The notes below the pieces were generated by a model, which ran no database searches, was not told the origin of the DNA, and saw only the letters and a list, made by a program, of their open reading frames with translations. A stretch of DNA of 63,978 bases, filler included, from an uncultured Myxococcia bacterium (GTDB lineage Bacteria > CAZTWC01): assembly GCA_964617105.1 (NCBI GenBank). It is 15 parts of 15 records of this genome, joined end to end, with 100 filler letters (N's around TTAATTAATTAA, not from the genome) between each part and the next. Parts side by side here need not be neighbours in the genome. Positions count along the whole stretch, not along the records: positions 40,231 to 44,551 come from CAZTWC010000307.1; positions 44,652 to 48,926 come from CAZTWC010000309.1; positions 49,027 to 53,275 come from CAZTWC010000310.1; 12 more parts are not named here. One strand, written 5' to 3'. The translations under genes were made by a program, and so were the position numbers. Position 1 is the first letter of the stretch. Each line of letters opens with the position of its first letter. This document shows positions 40,231 through 49,741 of this stretch, piece by piece.

Positions 40231-41362
40231 TTAGTTTTTCTTCTTTAAACCACAAATCGGGAAATTCACGCCTGGCGGTCTTCATGGCCACCGGATCAAA
40301 AGCCTTGATGGTAGCACCCGCCTCCAACAAGCGCTGGATAATTACCTTTGAGGGGGCTTCCCGAACATCATCTGTCCCCGGTTTAAAGGCCAGTCCCCAT
40401 AAACCGAATACCAGCGAAGATAGATCCTGGCCAAAATAATCGGTTATTTTTAACACCAGGTGTTGTTTTTGTGATCTGTTTCGTTTTTGCACCGCCTGTA
40501 GCAAGAGAGGCTCGATACCATGCCGCTCGGCCATATTGATAATCGCCTTGACATCCTTGGGGAAGCAGGAGCCGCCGTATCCGCAGCCAGGATAGATAAA
40601 GGAGTATCCTATTCTGGAATCGGAGCCGATCCCCTGGCGCACCATGTCAACATCAACACCCAACTTATCACATAGAACAGAAATCTCGTTCATAAAGGAG
40701 ATTTTGGTGGCCAGCATGGCATTGGCGGCGTATTTGGTCATTTCTGCCTCTTTTACACCCATAAAAATTACTTTGTCTTTTTTCATCATAAATGGAGAGT
40801 AGAGAATCCGCATGGTATTTTTGGCACGTTCGCTGTCAATTCCGACCACAATTCGATCCGGCCGCATAAAATCGGTAACCGCTGCTCCCTCTTTGAGAAA
40901 TTCAGGGTTGCTGACAACATCGAATTCTATTTTGACCCCTCGTTTGGCTAATTTGGCGGAGATCTTCTTCTTGACTTTTTCCGCCGTGCCGACCGGAACG
41001 GTAGATTTGTTGGCTATAATGCTGTATTTATTGATGTTTTCGCCAACCTGTTCAGCTACCTGTAATACATATTGGAGATCGGCTGAGCCATCCTCTCCCG
41101 GCGGTGTCCCCACCGCGATAAAGATGATATTGGAGTTCGCCATGGCTTCTTTGATGGAAGTGGTGAAGCGAAGTCGCCCCTCTTGATAATTACGCTTAAC
41201 AACCGCCTCCAGCCCCGGCTCATAAATCGGGATTATCCCATCTTTCAGTCTGTTTATCTTTTCCTGGTCGATATCAACACAAAAAACATTGTTGCCCATT
41301 TCGGCAAAGCCGGTGCCGGTGACCAGACCCACATAGCCAGTTCCAATTACGGAGAGGTTCAT
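40231..41362 (-). CDS. ugd: UDP-glucose 6-dehydrogenase (3' partial)
   Basis: GTGYVG, KSTVPVGT, NPEFLKEG, GYGGSCFPKD and LAFKP motifs. Confidence 0.95.
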
Positions 41363-41363
41363 T

Positions 41364-42296
41364 TTATTTCCTTTCCAGGTAAAATTTCTTTAAATGTCCG
41401 ATTGCACTTTGACCCATGGCTAGAATTGCCTCTTTGGCATTGCCGCCGATGTGAGGAGTACAAATCAGGTTTGGCAGACCTAAAAATTCGAGATCCCCGG
41501 GAGGTTCTTTTTCATAGACATCCAGGGCTGCGCCGGCGATTTTATTTTTTTGCAAAGCATGTTTCAAGTCGTCCAGCTTGACAATAGGCCCTCTGGCAGT
41601 GTTGATCAGAAAGGCATCGTGGTTCATCATCGCCAGAGTTGATTGGTTAACTAAATGAAAGGTCTTTTCGGTCAGTGGGGTATGAATAGTAATAAACTGG
41701 CATTGTTGAAAGATATTTTCCTTGCTGGCTTCTTCTACTTCCTGTTGTTTATAATATTCGTTTTGATCGATAATATCGTTGACCATCACCTGACATCGAA
41801 AAGGCTTTAACAGCCTGATTATCTCTTTACCGATATGGCCGACCCCGATTATTCCCACTTTTTTTCCGCTCAATTGGCAGCCGCCCTGCTTATTCCATTC
41901 ACCCTTTTTTAAGGGCAGACAGGTATAGAACAGGTTCCGGGCCAGGTCCAGCATAAAACCAACCGTCATCTCTGCCACCGACAACCGGTTTACGCCACCA
42001 GTCCAGCCAATGGCTACCTGGAACTGTTTACAGGCATCCATGTCCAGGTTATCCAGTCCTACTCCATATTTGGAAACTATTTGCAGTTGTGGGCAAGACT
42101 TGATTACCTGGAGATCAAATTTCTCAGTGCCCAAAATAACTGCCTGGGCGTCGCTTACATGGTCTAATAATTCCTGGCCAGCCAGGAGTTTCCCATCCAG
42201 GTTAAATTTAATTTTCGCTCTTGGAAAAGCGGCGATTAATTCCTCTTTTAACAGGTGATTTTTTGAAAAAGATACCGAAGTAACCGATATTTTCAT
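41364..42296 (-). CDS. D-isomer 2-hydroxyacid (phosphoglycerate-like) dehydrogenase
   Basis: GVGLDN, GVGHIG, INTARG and TPHIGG motifs. Confidence 0.9.
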   Translation of the reverse strand: MKISVTSVSFSKNHLLKEELIAAFPRAKIKFNLDGKLLAGQELLDHVSDAQAVILGTEKFDLQVIKSCPQLQIVSKYGVGLDNLDMDACKQFQVAIGWTGGVNRLSVAEMTVGFMLDLARNLFYTCLPLKKGEWNKQGGCQLSGKKVGIIGVGHIGKEIIRLLKPFRCQVMVNDIIDQNEYYKQQEVEEASKENIFQQCQFITIHTPLTEKTFHLVNQSTLAMMNHDAFLINTARGPIVKLDDLKHALQKNKIAGAALDVYEKEPPGDLEFLGLPNLICTPHIGGNAKEAILAMGQSAIGHLKKFYLERK

Positions 42297-42355
42297 GCTG
42301 ATTTCTCGCTTCCTATGGTTGAAATGATAACATAACACAAAATGTTGTTGTAGGG

Positions 42356-43417
42356 TTACACCATCCGGTAAAACTGTCTATACCACGTATAAAATTTTTC
42401 AATCCCTTGTTTAATGGTGGTCCTGGGTTGATAACCTAAATCCTTTACCAGGTCTGATACATCAGCCCAGGTGGCCGGCACATCGCCTGGCTGGAGGGGA
42501 AGATAGTTTTTCTGTGCTTTTTTGCCCATCATCTCTTCGATGGTGTTGATAAAGTCCAATAGGTCGATGGGGGAGTTGTTGCCGATGTTGTAGAGTTGGT
42601 ATGGCGCCATACTCGAGGAAGGATCGGGTTGATTTCCGCTCCAATCGGGATTGACAGTTGGAATATGCTCAATTACCCGGGTCATACCATCGACAATATC
42701 ATCGATGTAGGTGAAATCGCGTTTCATGTTGCCCTGGTTATATACATCTATTGGTTTACCTGCCAAAATAGCGTTTACAAACAGAAAATAAGCCATGTCG
42801 GGTCGTCCCCAGGGACCGTACACCGTAAAAAATCTCAACCCGGTGGTAGGAAGATTATAGAGGTAACTGTAAGTGTGAGCCATCAGTTCATTCGATTTTT
42901 TGCTGGCTGCATACAGGCTAACCGGGTGATCCACATTGTGGCGGGTGGAAAAGGGCATCTCTTCGTTCAAACCATACACAGAAGAGGAACTGGCATAGAC
43001 CAGATGCTCCACATTAAAATGGCGGCAGGCTTCCAGGATATTCATAAACCCGACAATATTGCTCTCCACATAGGCCTGGGGGTTGGTCAGGGAGTACCGT
43101 ACACCAGCCTGGGCAGCCAGATGGCAGACTATGGTGATCTGTTCACGTTTAAACAACGATAAAATATTTTCTCGATCCTGCAAGTCTAGTTTGATGAACC
43201 GGTAATTTGAATAGGTTTTGCTTTTAACCGCTTGATTGTATTCTATTTTGTTTTGAGGGATACCAGAATTGGCCAGACGTCCGTATTTTAATGATATATC
43301 GTAGTAGTCATTGATATTATCAAGACCGATAATCTGGTTGTATTGAGAATTTTTAGCCAGGTTGTTTACCAGATGGAAACCGATAAAACCAGCTGCACCA
43401 GTTACCAGTATATTCAT
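42356..43417 (-). CDS. NAD-dependent epimerase (UDP-glucuronate 4-epimerase type)
   Basis: GAAGFIG, LAAQAGVRYS, YAASK, FFTVYGPWGRPDMA. Confidence 0.95.
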   Translation of the reverse strand: MNILVTGAAGFIGFHLVNNLAKNSQYNQIIGLDNINDYYDISLKYGRLANSGIPQNKIEYNQAVKSKTYSNYRFIKLDLQDRENILSLFKREQITIVCHLAAQAGVRYSLTNPQAYVESNIVGFMNILEACRHFNVEHLVYASSSSVYGLNEEMPFSTRHNVDHPVSLYAASKKSNELMAHTYSYLYNLPTTGLRFFTVYGPWGRPDMAYFLFVNAILAGKPIDVYNQGNMKRDFTYIDDIVDGMTRVIEHIPTVNPDWSGNQPDPSSSMAPYQLYNIGNNSPIDLLDFINTIEEMMGKKAQKNYLPLQPGDVPATWADVSDLVKDLGYQPRTTIKQGIEKFYTWYRQFYRMV

Positions 43418-43449
43418 TTTTTTACATCTCCACAACTAGTACCGGTCAC

Positions 43450-44517
43450 TTATGAGTGTTCGATTCTCTCAACCACTCCAATAATAAATTCAACCAGTTT
43501 TTTCTGCTCGGTTTTATCCACGCCGCTCCACATGGGCAAACACAGTATCTCCTGGCAGACCTGTTCTGCCAAAGGATAGTTTGCTGCTCTCTCCTCCAGG
43601 TATTTAAAGGCCTGCTGCTGGTAAATTGGCCGGGGATAATGGATGGCATAGGGGAGGGCTTTTTTTCTCATCATCTCCAAAATTGCCTCCCGGTTTTTAA
43701 CTCTGATGCCGTACTGGGCGAAAACCGAAGTGCGATCAGAATTTATTTTAGGAGGGATAATGGTTTTAGAGTCCTTTAGAAGTTCGGTATAGATATTGGC
43801 CACCTGTTGCCGCTTTTCTATCTCCCGGGAGTAATATTTGAGTTTTACGTTCAACACTGCAGCCTGCATGGCGTCCATCCGGCCGTTTAAGCCGATCAGT
43901 TGGTGACTGTAGGTGCCATCAGTCTGGCCGTGGTTCATCAATCTGCGCAATTTACTAGCCAGTTTTTCATCACTGGTAAAAATAGCGCCGCCATCGCCAA
44001 AACCGCCCAACGGTTTTGAGGGATAAAAACTGGTGCAGCCAATATGGGAGAGATTGCAGGATTTTTTTTCTTTGTATAGAGCGCCAAAACTCTGGGCAGC
44101 ATCTTCAATCACCATCAGGTCGTATTTGAGGGCCAGAGTATTAATTTCATCCATATCAGCCGGTTGGCCAAAGATGGAGACTGGCATAATCGCCCGAGTG
44201 GCCGAGGTGATTTTTTCTTCAATTTTGGATACATCCAGGTTGTAAGTATCTTCGGTAATATCCACAAACACCGGTTTGGCGCCCAAAAGAGCAATCATCT
44301 CTGCGGCAGCGATAAATGAGAACGGAGAGGTTATCACCTCGTCTCCCGGCTGGAGATCAATTGCCATTAGAGAGAGCAGCAAACCTATGGTGCAACTGCA
44401 GCAGGTGATGCAATATTTACTATCGCAGAAATCGGCCAGACCCTTTTCCAGTTCTGCCACTTCCCGGCCCTGGATAAAGGCGGTATTTTCAATAACCTGC
44501 CCAATGGCGGTTTGGAT
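43450..44517 (-). CDS. DegT/DnrJ/EryC1/StrS sugar aminotransferase (5' end missing)
   Basis: IEDAAQS and SFYPSKPLG..GDGG; homology extends upstream of the listed start (AIGQVIENTAFIQG). Confidence 0.92.
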   Translation of the reverse strand: MQTAIGQVIENTAFIQGREVAELEKGLADFCDSKYCITCCSCTIGLLLSLMAIDLQPGDEVITSPFSFIAAAEMIALLGAKPVFVDITEDTYNLDVSKIEEKITSATRAIMPVSIFGQPADMDEINTLALKYDLMVIEDAAQSFGALYKEKKSCNLSHIGCTSFYPSKPLGGFGDGGAIFTSDEKLASKLRRLMNHGQTDGTYSHQLIGLNGRMDAMQAAVLNVKLKYYSREIEKRQQVANIYTELLKDSKTIIPPKINSDRTSVFAQYGIRVKNREAILEMMRKKALPYAIHYPRPIYQQQAFKYLEERAANYPLAEQVCQEILCLPMWSGVDKTEQKKLVEFIIGVVERIEHS

Positions 44518-44789
44518 CCAGAACGTGATGATGTATATTTAACCGCTGAAGNNNNNNNNNNNNNNNNNNNNNNNNNNNNNNNNNNNNNNNNNNNNTTAAT
44601 TAATTAANNNNNNNNNNNNNNNNNNNNNNNNNNNNNNNNNNNNNNNNNNNNTGAGACGAGCCACAATATTTGATGGAAAAAAGGAGAGAAATGTGCAAGA
44701 TAAGTAAGGGACGTTCAGGAAATTCCATCATTTACCTCGCTAAAAATATATGAATTCAGAACTCCTGTTCGTCCCCAGAACAGGATTAT

Positions 44790-45350
44790 ATGTTACCAGA
44801 ATTTCTTAAAACGTCCAACCTGTTTAAAATTCTTTATCGTATTGATCAGGAACTTGCGCAAAAGTGTAGTCAAGACAAGTGTGTTCATTGCGGTAGTCCG
44901 TTATATCAATCCAATTATCAGCGAAAGCCGCGAGGTGGTCCAGAAGGGATACCGGAAGAATATCTTCTTAGGCACAGTTTATGCTGTGGTCAGGAGAGTT
45001 GCCGCCGGAGAAAATTGCCTCCTTCCTGCCGATTTTTTGGTCGGAGAGTATATTGGGGTTGCATAATTTTGGTAGTGATGTCTCTCCGTCAAAGTAGGCC
45101 GGATGGAGCAAGCGCCAGAAAACTTAAACGTTTATTTGGTGTTACCCGCCCGACGATAATCCGTTGGATGATCTATTTCAGGGAGCATTTTCCTATTAGT
45201 GAAAAATGGAGGCAAATACGCGGCAGAGTAGGTCATCAAGTAAAAGATAATGAATTGCCGGGCGGTCTTGTTTCTTATTTTTATAAACATTCAGCAACCA
45301 ATAAGGAAGGGATGGTCAACTGTCTTCGTTTGCTTGCCACGGGCGAATAG
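44790..45350 (+). CDS. Zn-ribbon plus HTH accessory protein of the element
   Basis: CVHCG...CC...C; SARKLKRLFGVTRPTIIRW helix-turn-helix. Confidence 0.75.
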   Translation: MLPEFLKTSNLFKILYRIDQELAQKCSQDKCVHCGSPLYQSNYQRKPRGGPEGIPEEYLLRHSLCCGQESCRRRKLPPSCRFFGRRVYWGCIILVVMSLRQSRPDGASARKLKRLFGVTRPTIIRWMIYFREHFPISEKWRQIRGRVGHQVKDNELPGGLVSYFYKHSATNKEGMVNCLRLLATGE

Positions 45351-45503
45351 ATATTGTCCAAAATCATGCTAAATGAAGGGAGATATCGGTCACGCAAAAG
45401 TTGTGCAGTTCCCACGGCATATAAAGTTGGATATAGTGATTCCAGAAAGCAGGGGGAAGATTTTTGTTCAAGAATCATTAAAATTCCGGAAAGGAGTCAC
45501 AAA

Positions 45504-47009
45504 ATGGGGGAAGAATCGAATGGTCGGTTAACCACATGGGAGCAGTTGCGATTTTCAATCGTGGGAGAGTTGTTGGCCAGACCGCCGGAGGCAGGAGAAT
45601 TGCAATCAAGATTGAAAGAGTTGGCCTCCAGACGTTATCGTCATCCGACCAAGAAAAGCACCTGGATTACTTTTGGAGTGTCAACCATTGAGCGCTGGTA
45701 TTACCAGGCACTGAGGTCACCCAATCCTATAGAGGTTTTATCCAGGCAAATCCGTTCTGATGCGGGAATTACCAGGGTAATAAGTCCAGCCTTATTAGTT
45801 GAGATAGAGAAGCAATATGGGAGTTATAAGAATTGGAGTTATCAACTTCATGCCGATAATTTATCAGCATTGGTGGAAAAGCGGCCGGAGTTGGGTAAAG
45901 CGCCATCTTATTCAACATTATTAAGGCATATGAAGGGACGTGGCTGGACAAAATTACGTTCTTGTAAAAAAGGTAAAAAGCAAACAGCCGGTCAAAAGAA
46001 GGCACAAGAACGGCTTGAGCAGCGAGAAGTGCGGGGTTATGAGTCAGCATATGTTCATGCCCTCTGGCATCTGGATTTTCATGAAGGCAGTCTGCGGGTA
46101 ATAGAACCGGATGGCTGTTGGTATTCACCTCATGTGCTTGGTATTTTAGATGATTGTTCCAGGTCATGTAGCCATATTCAATGGTATCTAAATGAGACGG
46201 CAGAAAATTTGGAACATAGTTTGACCCAGGCGTTTTATAAGCGTGGACTTCCCAGCGGATTGATGACAGATAATGGTTCGGCTATGATGGCGTGGGAGAC
46301 ACGAAATGGCCTTGAAAGGCTGAGTATACTTCACGAAACTACATTGCCATACAGTCCATATCAAAATGGCAAACAAGAGAGTTTTTGGGGACAGATAGAA
46401 GGTCGCCTGTTGCCAATGCTTTGTAAGGTTGAACCTTTGACTCTGGAATTTTTAAATCAGGCAACCCAGGCATGGGTGGAACAGGAGTATAATAACTCGA
46501 AACACACAGAAATCGGCACCACCCCGATAAAGAGATTACTCGAAGTTTCCGATGTTTCCAGGCCATCTCCAGACAGAGAGACAATAAATTTTGCCTTTAC
46601 TATCCAACAAACCCGGATACAGCGCAGAAGTGATGGCACCATCCAAATAGAAGGTGTTAGGTTTGAAGTTCCATCAAGGTTTCGTCATTTTCAAAAACTT
46701 ACCGTTTGTTACAAAAGATGGGATCTATCTATTGCGTATCTGGTAGATGCCAAGACAGGTAATAAATTGGCCACTATCTATCCTCAAGATAAGACTAAAA
46801 ATGCTGACGGGCGTAGACGAACTTTAGTGGCACCAATTGAAGATTCACAACTGCCTAAGCCCTCAAATAATAGTGATCCAATACCACCTCTATTGCGTAA
46901 ATATTTGGCTGATTATGCTGCCACAGGTTTGCCGCCAGCCTATATTCCCAAAGATGAAATAAAAGATTTGTCTACAATTACAAAGGAGGCGCAAAATGAA
47001 CAACAATAA
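45504..47009 (+). CDS. DDE (rve) transposase with Mu-like C-terminal domain
   Basis: WHLDFH...DDCSR...TDNGS...PYQNGKQE; start at 45504 chosen from the AAGGAG RBS. Confidence 0.92.
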   Translation: MGEESNGRLTTWEQLRFSIVGELLARPPEAGELQSRLKELASRRYRHPTKKSTWITFGVSTIERWYYQALRSPNPIEVLSRQIRSDAGITRVISPALLVEIEKQYGSYKNWSYQLHADNLSALVEKRPELGKAPSYSTLLRHMKGRGWTKLRSCKKGKKQTAGQKKAQERLEQREVRGYESAYVHALWHLDFHEGSLRVIEPDGCWYSPHVLGILDDCSRSCSHIQWYLNETAENLEHSLTQAFYKRGLPSGLMTDNGSAMMAWETRNGLERLSILHETTLPYSPYQNGKQESFWGQIEGRLLPMLCKVEPLTLEFLNQATQAWVEQEYNNSKHTEIGTTPIKRLLEVSDVSRPSPDRETINFAFTIQQTRIQRRSDGTIQIEGVRFEVPSRFRHFQKLTVCYKRWDLSIAYLVDAKTGNKLATIYPQDKTKNADGRRRTLVAPIEDSQLPKPSNNSDPIPPLLRKYLADYAATGLPPAYIPKDEIKDLSTITKEAQNEQQ

Positions 47010-47847
47010 AATCATACAAGCATTATACGGGCTAAAATGGAATCCATTTTTACCGGAAATTCCGATTGAATCTCTCTGGATACCTCCTGGAGTCGAAGAC
47101 TTTTTCTTCAGTGTGGAAGATTTTGTGATAGATGGTGGCTTTACCCTTATCTGTGGAGACCCTGGGCTTGGCAAATCAAAAATATTGCAACTGTTGGCCC
47201 ACCGTTTACAGCGCCTCGATGATGTTGTTGTTGGTGTAATGGAACGGCCTCAGAGCAGTCTCAATGATTTCTACCGGGAATTGGGAGAGTTGTTTGGCGT
47301 AAATCTTTCACCAGCAAATCGTTATGGTGGTTTCAAGACTCTCAGGGAACGATGGAAAAACCACATAAAAACTACTCTGTTTAGACCAATTTTGATCATT
47401 GATGAAGCACAAGAGATGATAGCACCCTGTCTTAATGAAATTCGCTTGCTTGGCAGTGCAGATTTTGACTCTGTTTGCCTTTTAACCACTGTAATTTGCG
47501 GGGACATGAGAATGCCTGAACGTTTCCGATCCCAATCACTAATGTCGTTAGGAACCAGAATCAGGCTGCGAATGACACTACATGCGTATCCCAGAAATTT
47601 ATTACTTGAGCATTTGGAACATTCACTTGTGCAGGCGGGAGCCCCCAATCTAATGACTAAATCGCTCAAAGAAACACTCTGCGATCATTGTGCTGGGAAT
47701 CTACGCTTGCTCAATACAATGGCAGCAGAAATGCTGAACAAAGCCGCTAAAAAAGAATTAACCCAACTCGATGAAAAACTTTATCTGGAAACATTCTCAC
47801 GCCAACCTACCGGCCGTAATTTAAGGATAAAAAAGTATGAATCATAA
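46996..47847 (+). CDS. ExeA/TniB-like AAA+ ATPase (transposition helper)
   Basis: LYGLKWNPF; Walker A GDPGLGKS; Walker B IIDEAQ; GNLR. Confidence 0.9.
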   Translation: MNNNKIIQALYGLKWNPFLPEIPIESLWIPPGVEDFFFSVEDFVIDGGFTLICGDPGLGKSKILQLLAHRLQRLDDVVVGVMERPQSSLNDFYRELGELFGVNLSPANRYGGFKTLRERWKNHIKTTLFRPILIIDEAQEMIAPCLNEIRLLGSADFDSVCLLTTVICGDMRMPERFRSQSLMSLGTRIRLRMTLHAYPRNLLLEHLEHSLVQAGAPNLMTKSLKETLCDHCAGNLRLLNTMAAEMLNKAAKKELTQLDEKLYLETFSRQPTGRNLRIKKYES

Positions 47848-48853
47848 TATCTTACCTGTTTTTCTGGCGGCTGATATTGACAAACAACCGCAAGAAGAAA
47901 ATTGGCTAATTAAACATATTTGGACAAATATGGCGGTAGGTATTATTGGTGGTGCTCCCAAATGTTGTAAATCCTGGTTCGGTCTCGATATGGCTATCAG
48001 TATTGCATCTGGAACACCATGCCTGGACCATTTCCCAATACAATACAAAAAAGGGCCAGTCCTTATTTATCTTGCCGAAGATGCTTTGGGCTCTGTCCGC
48101 TCTCGTATCGAAAGTATCTGTCAACACCGCAAATTAAAGATTGAACATCTGCCTATTTACGCCATCGCCTCACCTGTTCTAAGGCTGGATATCGAATCTG
48201 ATCGTCAGCGTCTGATGAAAACTATCGATAAATTAAAACCCAAAATGCTCCTTCTAGACCCTCTGGTGAGAATGCACAGGTTGGATGAAAACTCTGCCCA
48301 GGATATCTCCGGATTGCTTGGATATCTCAGAGAAATGCAAAGAAAATTTAACCTGGCGGTTGTGCTTGTCCATCACTCAAGTAAAAAAAATCGCTCAAAC
48401 CCAGGACAAGCCCTGAGAGGCTCTTCTGACTTACATGCTTTTGGCGATTCAAATGCGTATCTGATAAGAAAAAATGACAAATTGATCCTTACTGTGGAAC
48501 ACAGGGCAGCACCCTGTCCTGAACCTTTCTCTTTGCAATTAGTGACTAAACCAGACGGAAAACATACCCATCTTCGGGTTTTTAATAAATCTTTGCCAGA
48601 TAACTCTTCATCTACCAATAATCTTGACCAAATTATCTTTGAACTTCTTGACCGTTGTAACTCTCCTCTTTATAAAAAAGATATCAGAAAGCACCTCAAA
48701 GTTAACAACCAAAGACTGGGACAAGTCTTGGCCGGAATGGAAAAACAAGGCATGATCGAAAAAACAAAATCCGGATGGAAAAAAGTTGTAAGCAAAACTG
48801 TTACGGATAGTAAAAATCAAAAACAATCAGTTCAACTCCAATTGCCCATATAA
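47837..48853 (+). CDS. AAA_25 / RepA-like RecA-fold ATPase with C-terminal HTH
   Basis: WLIK.IW; atypical Walker A GAPKCCKS; YLAED; LLLDP; VHHSSK; LRGSS. Confidence 0.85.
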   Translation: MNHNILPVFLAADIDKQPQEENWLIKHIWTNMAVGIIGGAPKCCKSWFGLDMAISIASGTPCLDHFPIQYKKGPVLIYLAEDALGSVRSRIESICQHRKLKIEHLPIYAIASPVLRLDIESDRQRLMKTIDKLKPKMLLLDPLVRMHRLDENSAQDISGLLGYLREMQRKFNLAVVLVHHSSKKNRSNPGQALRGSSDLHAFGDSNAYLIRKNDKLILTVEHRAAPCPEPFSLQLVTKPDGKHTHLRVFNKSLPDNSSSTNNLDQIIFELLDRCNSPLYKKDIRKHLKVNNQRLGQVLAGMEKQGMIEKTKSGWKKVVSKTVTDSKNQKQSVQLQLPI

Positions 48854-49026
48854 ATAGTATAGTTATGCAGTGTAAAATCATTACAAATTTCGTAAATCCG
48901 GGTGAAACGGAGGCAGGCTCTGCTGGNNNNNNNNNNNNNNNNNNNNNNNNNNNNNNNNNNNNNNNNNNNNTTAATTAATTAANNNNNNNNNNNNNNNNNN
49001 NNNNNNNNNNNNNNNNNNNNNNNNNN

Positions 49027-49740
49027 GGTGCGTACGATGATCGCAGCGTCAAAATTTCCAAGGCCATGGTGGAGTTGCTAAATATGGCTGGCGTCAATTT
49101 TGCCATCCTGGGCATGGAGGAGGGCTGCTGCGGAGAAACCGCCCGCCGGCTGGGCAACGAGTATTTGGCCCAAATGATCATTGATGGTAACATCGAAACC
49201 CTAAAGAACTATAAAATCAAAAAAATATTGACCCACTGCCCCCACTGCTACAACACCTTAAAGTCGGAATATCCCTCGTTCGGAGCGTCTGGAACGCCCG
49301 GCGCCGATTTCCAGGTAGTTCACCACAGCCAATTTTTAGCCCAACTGCTGGAGGAAAAACGCCTTACCATAAAAGAACCCTTACAACAAAAGATGGTGCT
49401 TCATGATTCCTGTTACCTGGGCCGTTACCATGAGATTTATACCCCGCCCCGGGATGTTATCCAGGCTGCCAACGGCAAAAAATCGCTGGAGATGCAGAGA
49501 CGGTGTTCAGAGAGTTTTTGCTGCGGCGCTGGTGGTGGGCGCATGTGGTTAGAAGAAAATTTGGGTTCCCGAATCAATATTCTCAGAACCGAACAGGCCC
49601 TGGAAACCGGTGCGGATACTATTGGAGTGGCCTGCCCCTACTGCCTTACCATGCTGGAAGACGGAATCAAAAGTAAAGATTTGGAAGATACCCATCGAGT
49701 AATGGATCTGGCCGAGATGCTCCTCAAAGCCTGCAAGTAA
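49027..49740 (+). CDS. HdrD/GlpC-like CCG-domain Fe-S oxidoreductase (5' partial)
   Basis: EGCCGE, CPHC, HDSCYLGR, CCGAGGG and CPYC motifs. Confidence 0.92.
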   Translation, partial: GAYDDRSVKISKAMVELLNMAGVNFAILGMEEGCCGETARRLGNEYLAQMIIDGNIETLKNYKIKKILTHCPHCYNTLKSEYPSFGASGTPGADFQVVHHSQFLAQLLEEKRLTIKEPLQQKMVLHDSCYLGRYHEIYTPPRDVIQAANGKKSLEMQRRCSESFCCGAGGGRMWLEENLGSRINILRTEQALETGADTIGVACPYCLTMLEDGIKSKDLEDTHRVMDLAEMLLKACK

Positions 49741-49741
49741 T

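Larger units (their letters stand above)
44652..48926 (+). mobile_element. Mu/IS21-like transposable element with four co-oriented genes; right end not seen
   Basis: Contig begins 5'-TG; contains a DDE transposase, an AAA+ helper and accessory genes; genes 2-4 overlap. Confidence 0.8.

Noticed and set aside
44518-44551. DegT gene loses homology and hits an in-frame stop just before the contig edge (similar to positions 1-41)
   Set aside because: Most simply explained by unreliable or chimeric contig ends; cannot be called an insertion.
45354-45503. Listed 50-aa N-terminal extension of the transposase
   Set aside because: The strong RBS precedes ATG 45504, so the extension is probably intergenic.
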